Source: Chrysomallon squamiferum
Taxonomy: Eukaryota; Animalia; Mollusca
Reading direction: 5' to 3'
Length of the DNA: 64,000 bases
Assembly (NCBI GenBank): GCA_012295275.1
Contig: CM022665.1
Coordinates: 6,944,001 to 7,008,000 of the forward strand
Below are positions 12,449 through 24,491 of the stretch, piece after piece (positions within the stretch are counted from its first letter, which is position 1; the number at the start of each line of letters is the position of its first letter). Under the pieces are notes generated by a model that made no database searches, was not told where the DNA came from, and was given only the letters and a program-made list of their open reading frames with translations. A program made the translations under genes and the position numbers.

Positions 12449-12653
12449 TTAATTACTCAAAAAGTGTAGATTTTTTGTTTCGCGGAAAAAAAAAAGATGC
12501 CTTTTCGTGTAAGACAAAGTAGTAACATACCGATATTAGTGCATTAGAACTCAAACAGTGAACTGGTAAAATAAAAGAAACACTAAAGAAAAAAGATATA
12601 ATTCCAAGACCACAGATGCTAAGTCCTATGGTCAGTTTCGTTTCGAACACCAT
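5001..12653 (-). CDS. TP53I3: Quinone oxidoreductase PIG3/TP53I3-like (MDR/zeta-crystallin family), ~381 aa including a putative leader exon
   Basis: Exons on - are 12653-12531 (hydrophobic leader, less certain), 10952-10812, 9753-9618, 8660-8529, 8227-8015, 6280-6176, 5595-5504 and 5204-5001. They total 1146 nt, in frame. Recognisable PIG3 motifs: [43 protein letters not shown], the Rossmann motif [28 protein letters not shown] and [15 protein letters not shown]. Confidence 0.93.
9885..10638 (-). mobile_element. Internally deleted Tigger/pogo (Tc1-mariner) DNA transposon in a PIG3 intron
   Basis: 23-bp TIRs CAGTGGTACCTTGACTTACGAGT (9885-9907) and ACTCGTAAGTCGAGGAACCACTG (10616-10638) match at 21/23. 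Both ends are flanked by TA within (TA)n. Subterminal CTCGTAA repeats are present. The internal - strand frame encodes a CENP-B/psq-type HTH transposase N-terminus ([11 protein letters not shown]...[14 protein letters not shown]...[17 protein letters not shown]) with no DDD domain. Confidence 0.9.
11396..11469. repeat. (AAT)n immediately followed by (ATT)n; self-complementary compound microsatellite
   Basis: Read directly: an aataat... run switches to an attatt... run. Confidence 0.85.
12241..12329. repeat. (AG)n microsatellite
   Basis: About 40 AG units. It explains the spurious SLSLSL and ERERER ORFs. Confidence 0.95.
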
Positions 12654-13378
12654 TCCACATTTACAATTTTGCGTACAGTCCGACAGCGACGTGATTTTTA
12701 TCTCCCTTTTGCTGTATGATTAGTTGGCAGATATCCTATAGTTACCATTTTCCGGGCTAATGAAAGGAAAACAGCGATGAAAAATCATGGCTGCATTTAT
12801 TCGTTTTACTACGAGAATGAGATAACTAGGTATTTTGGACTTCAGCGACACAAAATGATACCGGTTTTTCCTTCAACCGTATGTGCACAAGTTTAAACAA
12901 ATACTGCAGCAAACAAAACTATTATTATTTATTTATTTAATGTTTAACACAAACAAATACAGTAAAGAACTGGGCGAAAATGACAGAAAATATTTATCTT
13001 GTATAAATGAACGAATGATATGCAGTAATAATAACCGTTCAGTAGGGTCAATCTGAACTTATCCCTGAGCATTAGAACAACTGTTTTTATGAAGTTAACA
13101 ATTGGCAGATCTGCGGATCTTCGGGTTTGATTTCATTATCATCAGTCAGTTCTAGTCAGTTCGATAGAAATGAACATCTGTTTACATTTGACTCCAAACA
13201 CGGGACTGCTGTTTTCGCGCTGTTTGAAATTTTATACTGGTAACACAAAGCAGTATGTATGGCATAATATTAATACCAATGCCATTGAGATGACCGTAAT
13301 TTTTCGTCATAAATAAGTATCAGCCCGGTGTGTAGGCAGTCTTTTCACAGCATTATAAAACCAACATCCATGGAACAG

Positions 13379-13429
<51 letters not shown>

Positions 13430-14317
13430 TAAAAAAAAATATATATATATTTTAAAAAGTTTTTGAAGATTTATTACTTAATAATTTTTAAATGTAAAAT
13501 TATGCAGACAGGATGAAAAGAGATGATCATAAAAAAATTTAATAGGAATTAAGATAATTATAAAATCATTTCTGATTCATGGCTTGTATATCAAGAAAAA
13601 TTATTGCCATGAGAAAATTAAAAGCATTATAAATTTTATTTAAAAAAAAGGAAGACACATTATAACTGCAATAAATGCACAAGTACAAAGGCTAAATGTT
13701 TATATGTCACATCAGTGGTGTTAGAATTTTTATAAATAATGTATTGTACTATGCAACAAAATCCATTTTAAACTTCATAGAGGGATGGTGATGCTTGATT
13801 TTGAAGTGGCCCATGCAGTGTTTTGTTTGTGAAAAAGGTACCATGTCGAAGATATTAAATACTTTAACATTTTATTTTGTATGAACAATCAAGGATTTAA
13901 AAACAAAGACTGAGAAATATTTTATTTTGTGCACATAATGAAGGAACATAATTACTGAAACCTGTTACAGGATGCACATGCTATCACATTTAAAATTACA
14001 TACCTTTAATACTATATACATACATTTTGTTTTCATATTTAAAACAACTGAATTTCATAAATGTTATGTAATATTCTTGTTCAGTTGTATAACTAAACTG
14101 AATCTTTTGGCAAATTCATTTTGAAGAAAGATATTTAATTTTGAAAAAAAAAGAAAAAAGTCAGATTTGGTTCTTGGACTGCTTTTTAGATGTCTATACT
14201 AAGTTTTTTCTATTCTAGTTAAATCCAGTCTTTAAATATTTTCGGTTTCAGGAAAATTTCTCTTATTTTTTTGTTCTGTTTCCATCCTTTTTTTTTTTTT
14301 ATTTTTTTGTTCTTTTC

Positions 14318-14535
14318 TTATTCTTTTGTGGGTTTTTAAAGATGTTTTTGATTTTATATTTTCATATGATCATTGCTATTATTCTTTTGTGGGTTTTTTA
14401 AAGATGTTTTTAATTTTTTTTTTTCATATGATCAATGCTATTATTCTTTTGTGGGTTTTTTAAAGATGTTTTTTTTAAAAAGATGTTTTGTGGGTTTTTT
14501 AAAGATGTTTTTAATTTTAAATTTTCATATAATCA
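14318..14535. repeat. ~60-bp tandem repeat (3-4 imperfect copies) just downstream of the PPIL4 stop codon (3' UTR)
   Basis: The unit TATTCTTTTGTGGGTTTTTAAAGATGTTTTT...TTTTCATATGATCA.TGCTAT recurs. Confidence 0.8.
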
Positions 14536-14541
14536 GTGCTG

Positions 14542-17500
14542 TTATTTTTTGTGTTTTCTTATATGTCCATGTCTGTCCAAATCTTTTACATTGTTACTGT
14601 GACTTTTATAATCATCTTGTTTATAACTTCTGTCTCTCTCTTTGTCTCTATGTTTTCTATAATCTGGGTTATCTCTCTTTGAATGGTGCTCTCTGTCATG
14701 TGACTGAGATCTATCACGGTTGTCTTTTCTTGATTTCTTCTTTTTATGTTTTTGTTTACTCTGCAAAAAACAAAAATGGTGAGATTTTATATTTGTTTTT
14801 ATTTTTTATTTTTAGATATCCTTTGAGTATTAAAAAGTTTACACAGGATATTTCCAATCCAAAAAAAAAAAAAAATTCTTTATAATTATCTGTAAAATTA
14901 GGCTAGTGACATATTTATAACTAATAATTATAATCATTCTGTTTACAGTATTAATAAATACAATTTGAACAAAAAAAAAAAAAAAAAGGAAAAGAGGACT
15001 GTTTAGCTGCATTCTCACCCTTTCATTATCAGAACTGCTTTCACTGCTGGCACGTCTGTGCTTTGACTTCTTTTTTTTAATCCTCTTATCTGAATGGCTT
15101 TCATGATCTTCAAAAACAAGATCATATCCACTATACATTATTAAGGAAACTTTTTAACTTCCTAATAATTTGAAAATATCATTCAGTCAACAAATAAAAT
15201 AATGGTTCCACTGAATTTTAGATACTGGAGGGAAAAAAAAGTCCAAAGAGAGAATATAAACAATGGTCACTTATCACTAATATTTAATTCAGTCAACATT
15301 TTAGAATTTTCTCAGTTACATGTTAAAATAACATTTTGATTAAAGTTTGATAAAAGAATAATGCAGTAGCACATGGTATTGAAAGAAAGGGCAACAAAAC
15401 AAGGGTTATAGAACCAGATATCTCATTTATGAAACATAGTATGTGAAGAAGACAAAAAGGATACTCTTTTCTTCTCTCTTTGTTTTTCAGAATCAGTGTC
15501 TGACCAGCAAGTTCTAGATCACCAGCCTTCCTTCCTGAAAAAAATAATTCCAAAATTCTGTTTAATAAACATAAATAAAAAAAGAACTATAATTTTACTT
15601 GATAAAAAAGAATGAAAATGTAACAAGTAACATTTGTTTCTTAAAAGAAGGATTATTAATAAGTATTTTATTTCAGAATATCCGACTGTTATTACTGCAT
15701 TTTATACGGATATATTATAGTTAGTTAATTTCGGAAAGCAAACTCATTTTCCTCAATAATTATTAACATGCTTTTAATTAATTTTGGAAAAGATAAAGAA
15801 ATTATTATTAAGTGCATATACCTTTCTTGTGGAACATTTTTGACACAGACTGACTGAAGTCAACATGTATTCTTCTGTCATCAATTAAAACATTGTCCAT
15901 CTTAAAGAAAGCATTTTCACACTCCTCCTCCTGAACAGAAAAATAACATATCAGTCACTGCTTGAAAAATGTCAGAAACAGAATTTTCATTTGTATGTTT
16001 AGTATGTGACACTATCTCACTTTCTTAATCCATCATCTTCTCGTCATATATACAATTTATCAAAGTTGCACTTGATCTGTCCAAACCAAAAATAACTGTA
16101 CAAATTTGTTTAATACCATCCCTAAGAGCAGAGCTGATGTAGATGTAATGTGTAAAATTAAAATGAAACATACTTTTTCAAATTCTATGAATGCATACTG
16201 CAGTGATTCTCCTGTTTTCTGATCTTTTATCACTTCACAACTGAAAGAAAACATTTGAATAAATTAATAATTTGATAAGAATTTACTGAGTATCATTTCT
16301 GAAGTTTTGATTTAAACATTAAAGTATATACCATATCAGGTAGGAAATGGCTACTATCATTTTGCTACAAGGGATACAGTAACAAGCACAGTAATTAGAT
16401 TGTCACACATGAAAATGACTGGTGCAAACATTTACCGATTTTTTCAAATTATACCATTCCTAACAGATATTTAATAATATTCATTTAATTTCAATACAGA
16501 TAGTTCTTACTTTCTTAGATCTTGAATTAGAAGTTCGTATCTTTATATAGAATTTTCTGCATTGAAAATACAACTTTCATTTTTAGTAATTTTTGTTAAG
16601 AATTTGCACAAAAGAACACACACTACCCAAGATGCCCTCTGAGTGAGTGAATATGTCTCTTGGCTGAGCTGAATGTTAAATTACGTCAAAAAGACACAAA
16701 GATACACTGACTGAGATTTTGAACAAAAAATGAAAGAAGAGCCATAACTTAGGAGCAAAAGTATGAAAATGACCAGCTTTATAATGATGAGTTGCTTGAA
16801 ATGGTAGCTTGTAGAAAAGAAAAACTAAAGGAAGATGAAGACATCTCAACATTAAACTAATGAGGCTTTTAAACACATTTTTGACTCAAAAGATCCACAT
16901 GATGAGAGAAGAAAGACTTCTGCAGATATGAAAGATTATTTTGCTTGTTTTCAGCAAATACAAGAACAGAAAAAACAGTGGTGCAAACTGTTAATTATTA
17001 TTCCATCTGATGAAAATCAAAGTGACTAAACTTAGCTGTGAATGTTACAGTTTTAACAAAGATGTTGTTTTTGTTTTTCTCAAACAACTATTTTTTGTAT
17101 AAGAGTATATATTTTTGATTGAATGTTAATTCTCATAATGCATTTCAATTTCCACTGTTTAATTGTCAAACATTTATTATCAGTTTTTTGAAGCTGAAAC
17201 CCAAACCATCATTTTTATAGGACAATATCTCCTGTTTTACAAGTTCTCACTTAATGAGTGATAACTGGGAACAAATTAGTAATAAATATAAAAAAAAATC
17301 CATTTAGTATACATTTGTATTATAAATAATGCTCACCTTAAAATTTCTCCAAATCGTGAAAAAATTGTCTCCAGATCTTCAGACGTTGTCACTGGATTGA
17401 GTTTGCAGACAAACAAAATATTTTCTGGGGGCTTCACATCCTGACTTGGTAGGTCACCAACCTAAATATGTTGTGATAGTCAATCAGTCCTATTATCTTT

Positions 17501-19231
17501 AATTTGGTTAAACATGAAAAAAGTTTGTTGTGTTGATGTCTTTTATTTATTTTGCTTTTTTTTTGGTTTTAAAAAATCAGTTTGTAATAGCATTTCTTAA
17601 TTCCTGCAAGCGCGAATTATGTAGTTTTATCTTGGGATTCTAACTGCATTCCATCACTGTGTGCTTAAGTGACCTGAAGAAGATATCTGTCTGTAGAAGA
17701 ATGATATTTAGTTAATTCAGTAACCTTCTATTGTAAAAGAATCAACTCTAGTCACAAGTAAAAAAATTTTAAAATGATTGTGTGCATCACTTCACATTCA
17801 CATCTGAATGATATCTATATTTCAAAGAATTACTCATTTTTTAAAAAAATGACTTGTTTAACATTTTGATTTGTCAAATAAATATATAAGAAAAAGATGA
17901 ATTTTTTTGTTTGTTTTTCAAAAATCTACCATTTCAAGTAGCTGTGCATTGGCTTTGGCTTCTTTTTCTGCCAACATTTCATTAATTTCTTCTTCAGTTT
18001 TCCCCTTTTTGTCATCTATCTCTTCATCAGGAGCTATACGTCCACTCTGTAAGCAATCAAAAAAAAAAAAGTATAAACTGTAGAATTCAGTCACACACAA
18101 ATTTTAAACATATAAATTAAAAACTTAAGTAGATACCAAAAAAAAAGTCTACAGACTAAAATTCAATAGTAAATTCATTTATAAACAAAAACACAATATA
18201 AAATGTATTTCTTTTAATATCCATTTACAACTAATACAAGAAATTTTAAAACTGCCAGCATGGTATGGTGAACATTTTATTTGAGAATCACAGTACTGAA
18301 AGAAAAGATGGCTTTTGTGTACCTCAAGCATTTCTTTTGTAGGTTCTGGTGAACGGTCTGGTATATGGAGATCAGGAGGGTCATCAAATGGGTCATCAAG
18401 TATGACTGTGTGGTATATTCTACAAATTAAGATTACCAAACCATTCATTACTGATAAACTGTGCTGTCGATAAATACACAAAAAAATTAACTATTTAATT
18501 TATGTAACATATTTCTTAAGAAATTCAATCATAAAATTGAGGTTATTAAAATTTGTATTCATGATATATAATTGTATTTTCAAACAGGAAACAATACATT
18601 AGTTCATGCAATTCCTAAAATATCAGAATATCTGATCTATTTCAGTACATACATACATACGTACAATGTACAGAGACACATAAACACATACATACATACA
18701 AATGTACATTTAATTTATACAGGTTGAATTTCACTAGTCTGGTATTTGCTAGTCCAGCAGCTTCAATGGTTCAGGATAATGATTTGAATCTGGCAGTCGT
18801 TAGGTTGCTCGACTGCTACTTGGCCAGCTGTTTACATCCAGCACAGCTGACTGATGATGCTTGATGCTGCTTTACAGATACAGATAGTACCTTTGTTTAC
18901 TGACATTTTACTTTAAATATGCCCCCAGTCCAACGATCAGCAGGTAGTACAAGTGGTAATGTTTTACAGATTCTGTAAGGCCTATTTTTTTTCCTGCTTT
19001 TTCTATTAATCAGCTTATTTTTGTGTCAAAGAAAACTTTTGCCACAGGACTTGCACTTTGCCATAAGGAAATCCTGTAAGCCTGAACAAGGTTCATGCCT
19101 ATGAAAAGGTGTATTGGAATCAGTAACACAGTACAAGCTATGCGTCATTTTTCCACTTTCTATCCTAGGCTCCACTGGTTCAGGAAATCTGCTAGTCTAG
19201 TACCAAGCTTGCTGTATTAGTGAGGTTCAAC

Positions 19232-19286
<55 letters not shown>

Positions 19287-21158
19287 GAGATACAGGTAAA
19301 GTTATTTTCTGAAGTGAGAACAAGTTTTTAATTACAGAATTTTCAAAAACAGTTTTCTACATCAACAAACTATAACAAAAGTAGGCATGCAATACCTGGT
19401 GTCAATGAAAGGTTTATGTTCAGAATCACAAAATACTTCATTAATTTTGGAAAGGATGTCGAACCCTTCTGATATTTCTCCAAACACAGTGTGCACTCCA
19501 TCAAGGTAATCAAGATTATCTGCTAGGGTAATGAAGAACTGAGAAAAACAGATTAAAATTAGCAGATAAAATGTATGAAGTATCTAATTCCAATTTAGAA
19601 CAGTAATATATATTAAAACAAGAACAAAATATACTGTATCAATATTTTGTACATGAATATTCATATTCTCCATCATTCTGGCTAATTGATAAAAAAAAAA
19701 AAAAAATTATAAATCAAATATCAACCAATTAGAGTGCATACCTGTGATCCATGCATTCCACTACCATTATTAACCATGGAAACAGTGCCCATTTTCTTGT
19801 GTTTAATTCTTGGAGTAGTCTCCATGTCAAAGAATTTGGCTTGTTCTCCATACAGCTTTCTGGAAAATAAATAATCATATGAAAATTATAATCCTGAAAA
19901 AAAAAAAGAGAAGATAATTTTGAATAAATAATTCAAACCAATGAAATTAACCACCCAATTAAATTAACAAATATTTTTTTTACAAGAGTTTATATTTTAT
20001 CTCTCCAAGTGGATGATGAAATGATATGATCTATAATTACATTTAAAAATCATTTTTCAGTATGTACCTTATTAGGAGAAAAAAGACAAAAAATACTTTA
20101 AACTTACGCAAAAACAGATTCACCACCTCTCCCAGTGCCTGTTGGATCACCGGTTTGAGCTACCAAATTCCGCTGTAAACACAGAAGATACCTTTTAACA
20201 TTAAAAATGTATGTTTTGATAACTGAGAAGGAATCATCATTAATAATTTATGGTTTCTAAAAAAATTAAAAATAAGTATAGATAAGATAATGTTGTGCAA
20301 AGTCAGTAAAAGATCTTCATGGGCGTACTGATTCTCTGGTTGAGGGAGGGGGCACTGAAGGGTCAATTTGATCAAATTCAGTGGAATGTCATGTTTTTGT
20401 GAGTTTGAAAGAAATACTGATAAATATCATAAGTACATCTCTATCTAGTGATAAATTATGATCAATGGAAAAACAAACTAAATTATAAGAATCAACTTAT
20501 GTTACCTGTATTGAATGAAATAGACAAAAGTTGTAGTACTTCATCTTGCAGAGTTTTAAAAAATTTAGGCAACCTGAAAAAAAAAAAAAAAATAATAATA
20601 ATAAATAAATACATTTAAAAAAAAATTAATAGTAATAAACAGTAAATAAAGATACAAATAATTTATTAAGTAATTAAAAGGTAAGTTAAATATCCACACT
20701 GATACATATTCAGCTGATGAAGAAATCAAGTCTAATCAGAATTTTTATTAGGTAACCTGCTGAAAATGGCAAAATATTAAATGTCTTTGTGGGGGGGGGA
20801 ATAAAAAAAAACCGTGTTTATTCTGTATTCATTCGAATCATTGCTACCAGATTTACTGTCAATTGTCAGTCACTACACCATTAGAAAAGAAAAAAAAATG
20901 TCAATACAATACTGTTATTGTTAATTATGATAACCTACATAACAAAGAGTATATACTAATTTTAAATAAATAAAAATGCTTATTATTTTTTTTAAGTATC
21001 CGATAAATGTATCACAACGAAATCAGCTAAGATCAGATTGTAATCTATAATTATAAAACAGTTCCCTAAAACTACACATACTACTTACATCGGGGTCTTT
21101 CATCGGTGTAAAGGTCTATGGTTATATCACCAAGCGATGTTTCTAAAATCACTGCCAT
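14542..21158 (-). CDS. PPIL4: Peptidyl-prolyl cis-trans isomerase-like 4 (cyclophilin + RRM + basic/RS-like tail), ~459 aa
   Basis: 13 exons on -: 21158-21089, 20573-20506, 20172-20108, 19859-19742, 19538-19396, 18419-18323, 18046-17930, 17461-17337, 16240-16174, 15930-15822, 15534-15465, 15130-15019 and 14760-14542 (1380 nt, in frame). Motifs: [78 protein letters not shown] and [20 protein letters not shown]. Confidence 0.96.
16750..17010 (+). mobile_element. Possible decayed Tigger-type transposase C-terminal remnant in a PPIL4 intron
   Basis: Interrupted + frames read ...LYNDELLEM... and [32 protein letters not shown]. These resemble the Tigger/TIGD1 C-terminal pattern (LtneEL...DP..eR...cY..iy.eKK) as I recall it; not verified by search. 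Confidence 0.4.
18720..19234. mobile_element. Non-autonomous Tc1/pogo-like MITE in a PPIL4 intron
   Basis: Imperfect TIRs CAGGTTGAATTTCACTA and TAGTGAGGTTCAACCTG, with subterminal GCTAGTC repeats. TA lies on the left; the right end abuts a (CA)n microsatellite. Confidence 0.7.
19235..19282. repeat. (CA)n microsatellite
   Basis: About 24 CA units, read directly. Confidence 0.95.
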
Positions 21159-21479
21159 TTAAATGCTGACAGTTTACTTCATAAAATAAAATCTATTTCA
21201 CTAAAACGGAATTTGAAACTTTTTCTTGTTTTTTATTTAGAAGAGTTACAGGCTTTGGCGTTTTTGTTGTCTGCGTTCGACTGATTGTTTGGTTTTCCGT
21301 TACTCTTTTCTTTCTTTCTTTCTTTCACTGAGATACATTGTTGATGTTTTATATTCTTCATGGGCGTACGACTCATGGACCAACGAGGCAACTGTCTTGA
21401 TAAATTCGGAAAAAAAACAAGAAAACAATTTATATTTTTTTAAAGTTGCATATTATGTTATTTGTGTCGTCGACAGATA

Positions 21480-21516
<37 letters not shown>

Positions 21517-21813
21517 TTAAAAATAACTTTTTATTAAAAAAGTTGGTCAAACTGACCCCTCACTGCTCCCCTACCTCAACCAGAGTACCAGTACGCCCAT
21601 GATTTTCTTTTACTGACTTCGCGTTTAAGTTAAAATCAGAAGAAAAAAAAAGTATTATCTGTAGATTAAATGTTATGGTTTTGCACAAAAAAAACTGTGT
21701 TAGAAGATATTCGAAGCAAATGTCTTTTTTAAAGGGCTAATTTTTTATTTTAAATATTCATACTTAAAATTAGTAATTATCTGAATTCTAATTTTTTTAT
21801 AAACTTTTTAAAA

Positions 21814-21854
<41 letters not shown>

Positions 21855-22297
21855 TAAAAACAAAATTGGAATTTTTAAATTATATTTTACTTTTTTGAAT
21901 TTTAAGTTTACATAAAAAAACATCAGCAGTTGTAAGGAACACTAAAATGATATATACTGTAATTGAAATAGCAATGAGCAGTTTCTCCAAGTACCTTTCT
22001 TGCTCACAAATTACAGCACTCTTTAAAAGTAGCTTTAAGACAAAAAGAGTTTATTATGCAGGTGTCCATTAAAAAAAAAATAAAAAAGCAATTTAAAAAT
22101 ATTAACCTTTTTTCTGCTATTTTTAAAGAATTCCTGATTTTAATAACTTCACATATTTCAGAATGTAATTGTGCTTTGTAAAAAAAAAAATGTTTTTATA
22201 GTGGAAAAGTTGAAACTTGTGTATCTAACAGTTTTATGTGAATTTAATGTACTATAGATGTATTTTAACCAAACTGTATTTTCAGAAACTTGACAAA
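21159..22297. promoter_or_regulatory. Putative bidirectional promoter / 5' UTR region shared by PPIL4 and SRD5A
   Basis: The two ATGs are head-to-head about 1.1 kb apart. A TTTTCAG acceptor at 22279-22285, just before the SRD5A ATG, implies an upstream non-coding exon close to the PPIL4 start. The TSSs are not located. Confidence 0.55.
21359..21601. mobile_element. hAT-like MITE (243 bp) between PPIL4 and SRD5A
   Basis: Perfect 11-bp TIRs CATGGGCGTAC / GTACGCCCATG. The flanking 8-mers ATATTCTT and ATTTTCTT match at 7/8, consistent with an 8-bp TSD. Confidence 0.65.
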
Positions 22298-24491
22298 ATG
22301 GGCTTTCTGGATGAGATTCAAGTTTTAATCATTCAACAGTCTGGTGGATCAGAAAGACACTTGATACATTTCATCTCGTACACAATTATTAGTTTTGGAA
22401 TTTTTGTTGCTTTGGCTTTACAGTTTATTCATTCTCCCTATGGTCGATACGGAACCAGTGACTGGGGGTTTCCAGTGAATGCCAAATTGGCATGGATTCT
22501 TCAAGAATTACCATGTTTGATATTACCAGCATATCTAATTTTGTTTACAAATTGTCCACAGATTCAGTTCTTGCCTAATAAAATACTTATTGGTCTCTTC
22601 TTTATACACTATGTTCATAGGTAAATATGTAAATGTTTGGATATTTATTAAACATTAATATCCTATTCCTAACAGATTTATAGTTTTCAGTAATTTTAAG
22701 CAAATTTAAATTCATTCTGTTATATTATATTCAAATGAACTGTCTTTCAGAATGCATCCATTTTTATTACTATATTAGTTAATACTTTTGAAGCATTCAT
22801 GTAACAACACATCATAATTTATCTTACGAATGCATTTAGTTTTTTCATCCCGATTTTGTATATATCCTTAGAACTTTATAAACTGCTAACTTTAATTATT
22901 TCAAATTATTAATGTTACTGAAAATTTACTTGACTGAATATGAATATATACTTATGAACATTTTTTTTTTCTCTCCAGATCTTTAATCTATCCTTTGTTA
23001 ATTAAAGGAGGGAAGCCAACACCATTCCTGACATTTGTTTCTGCTATTTCTTTCTGTATTATTAATTCTTATATACAGATTGCTTATTTATTGCGATGGA
23101 CTGAATTTGGACCAGATGAAGTTTACAGTTTTCATTTTGGTTTAGGTGAGGTGATTTTTAAATGTATTGTGTCAAACGAGCTTCAGTTATATCTGTTATA
23201 CCCATTTTCCTGTCCACTTAAAAAAAATGAAGTTAATCCATTCCTTGGAAATATGCCATCTTGTTCATGTTAAATCCAAATTTAGTAGCAGTTTACTTTA
23301 GCTTCAGTTGAATGTATGTCACCACATGAGTTGTCTTTTTCTCAAGAAAAATATTTATACAAAATCAAAAAAATATATAGGTGAAATCAGGGCATTTTGA
23401 AATTATTCAAAGAAAAATGAACAATAAAACTGCAATATATTTGGAGATCCCTTGGGCATCAATAGTAACAGTTTTTAGATTAAGTGGGGAAAATGTCAAT
23501 GGATGGGTTACACACACACACACACACATATATATATTATTTTTTTTTTTTTTTTTTTTTTTATGTCATTAAAATTTTGTTAATTGTATTTTCAAGGTGT
23601 GATAATTTTTATTATTGGAATGGGCATCAACATTCACTCAGATTCCATTCTAAGAAATCTCAGGAAGGAAGGAGAAAATGGCTACAAAATTCCTGATGGT
23701 AAATCCTTTTCAATGAATCTTTATTATTATTATAAATAAGATTTGTTTATACAAACATCAAGAGACAGTTACTTATTCTGTGAAAATAACTACTTGAATT
23801 TATATGAAGAAATGTTAATTTAGATTTTGTTATAATTTAATAGACAAAAGATTAATAGGATAAGCTGTCACATTCATTAAAAAAAAAAAAAAAAAAATGG
23901 TTTCAGAATAAAGAACATAAACACTTTTGGAAAATAATTTCTTTTACAGTTTACATGTATAGTTTATTTTTGCAGGTGGTTTATTTGAATATGTTTCTGG
24001 TGCCAACTTCTTTGGAGAGATGTTGGAATGGTGGGGATTTGCCCTGGCAAACTGGTCTGTACCAGCAGTGGCCTATGCTATATTTACATCTTGTAATATA
24101 GGCCCAAGAGCTTGTCAACACCACAGGTAATTTTATTTATGTTATGAGTCTGTTAATCCATTAATTAAAGTTTATTTATCATTTATTATAAACACAAAAA
24201 CAAAAAACATTAAAGGCTGTATTACAAAGCAACATACACTGTATAAAGATATCTTTAATAACATTCTTTATTCACAATGAAAAAATGTGTGTGTGTGTGT
24301 GTGTGAATTTATCAGTTCAAAGCATAGCAATATTAAAGATAAGTTAAAAATATCGCCATAATGTATTGTAAATTAAATTTAATATATAATTAAATTGGGA
24401 CTTGTTATATTTATTTTATTGTAGATGGTACAAACAAAAGTTTGAAGGTTACCCTAAATCAAGGATGGCTCTTATTCCATTCATTCTGTAA
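22298..24491 (+). CDS. SRD5A1: 3-oxo-5-alpha-steroid 4-dehydrogenase (steroid 5-alpha-reductase, SRD5A1/2-like), ~269 aa
   Basis: Exons 22298-22620, 22979-23145, 23597-23698, 23976-24126 and 24425-24491 (810 nt, in frame). Motifs: PYGRY, AWILQELP, HYVHRSLIYP, GMGINIHSDSILRNLRK, GYKIPDGGLFEYVSGANFFGEMLEW, GPRACQHHRWY and LIPFIL. The five-coding-exon layout resembles vertebrate SRD5A1/2; SRD5A1 versus SRD5A2 orthology cannot be resolved here. Confidence 0.93.

Noticed and set aside
14373-14885. 170-aa Phe-rich ORF as a membrane protein
   Set aside because: It is the antisense of the Lys-rich last PPIL4 exon plus a T-rich tandem repeat.
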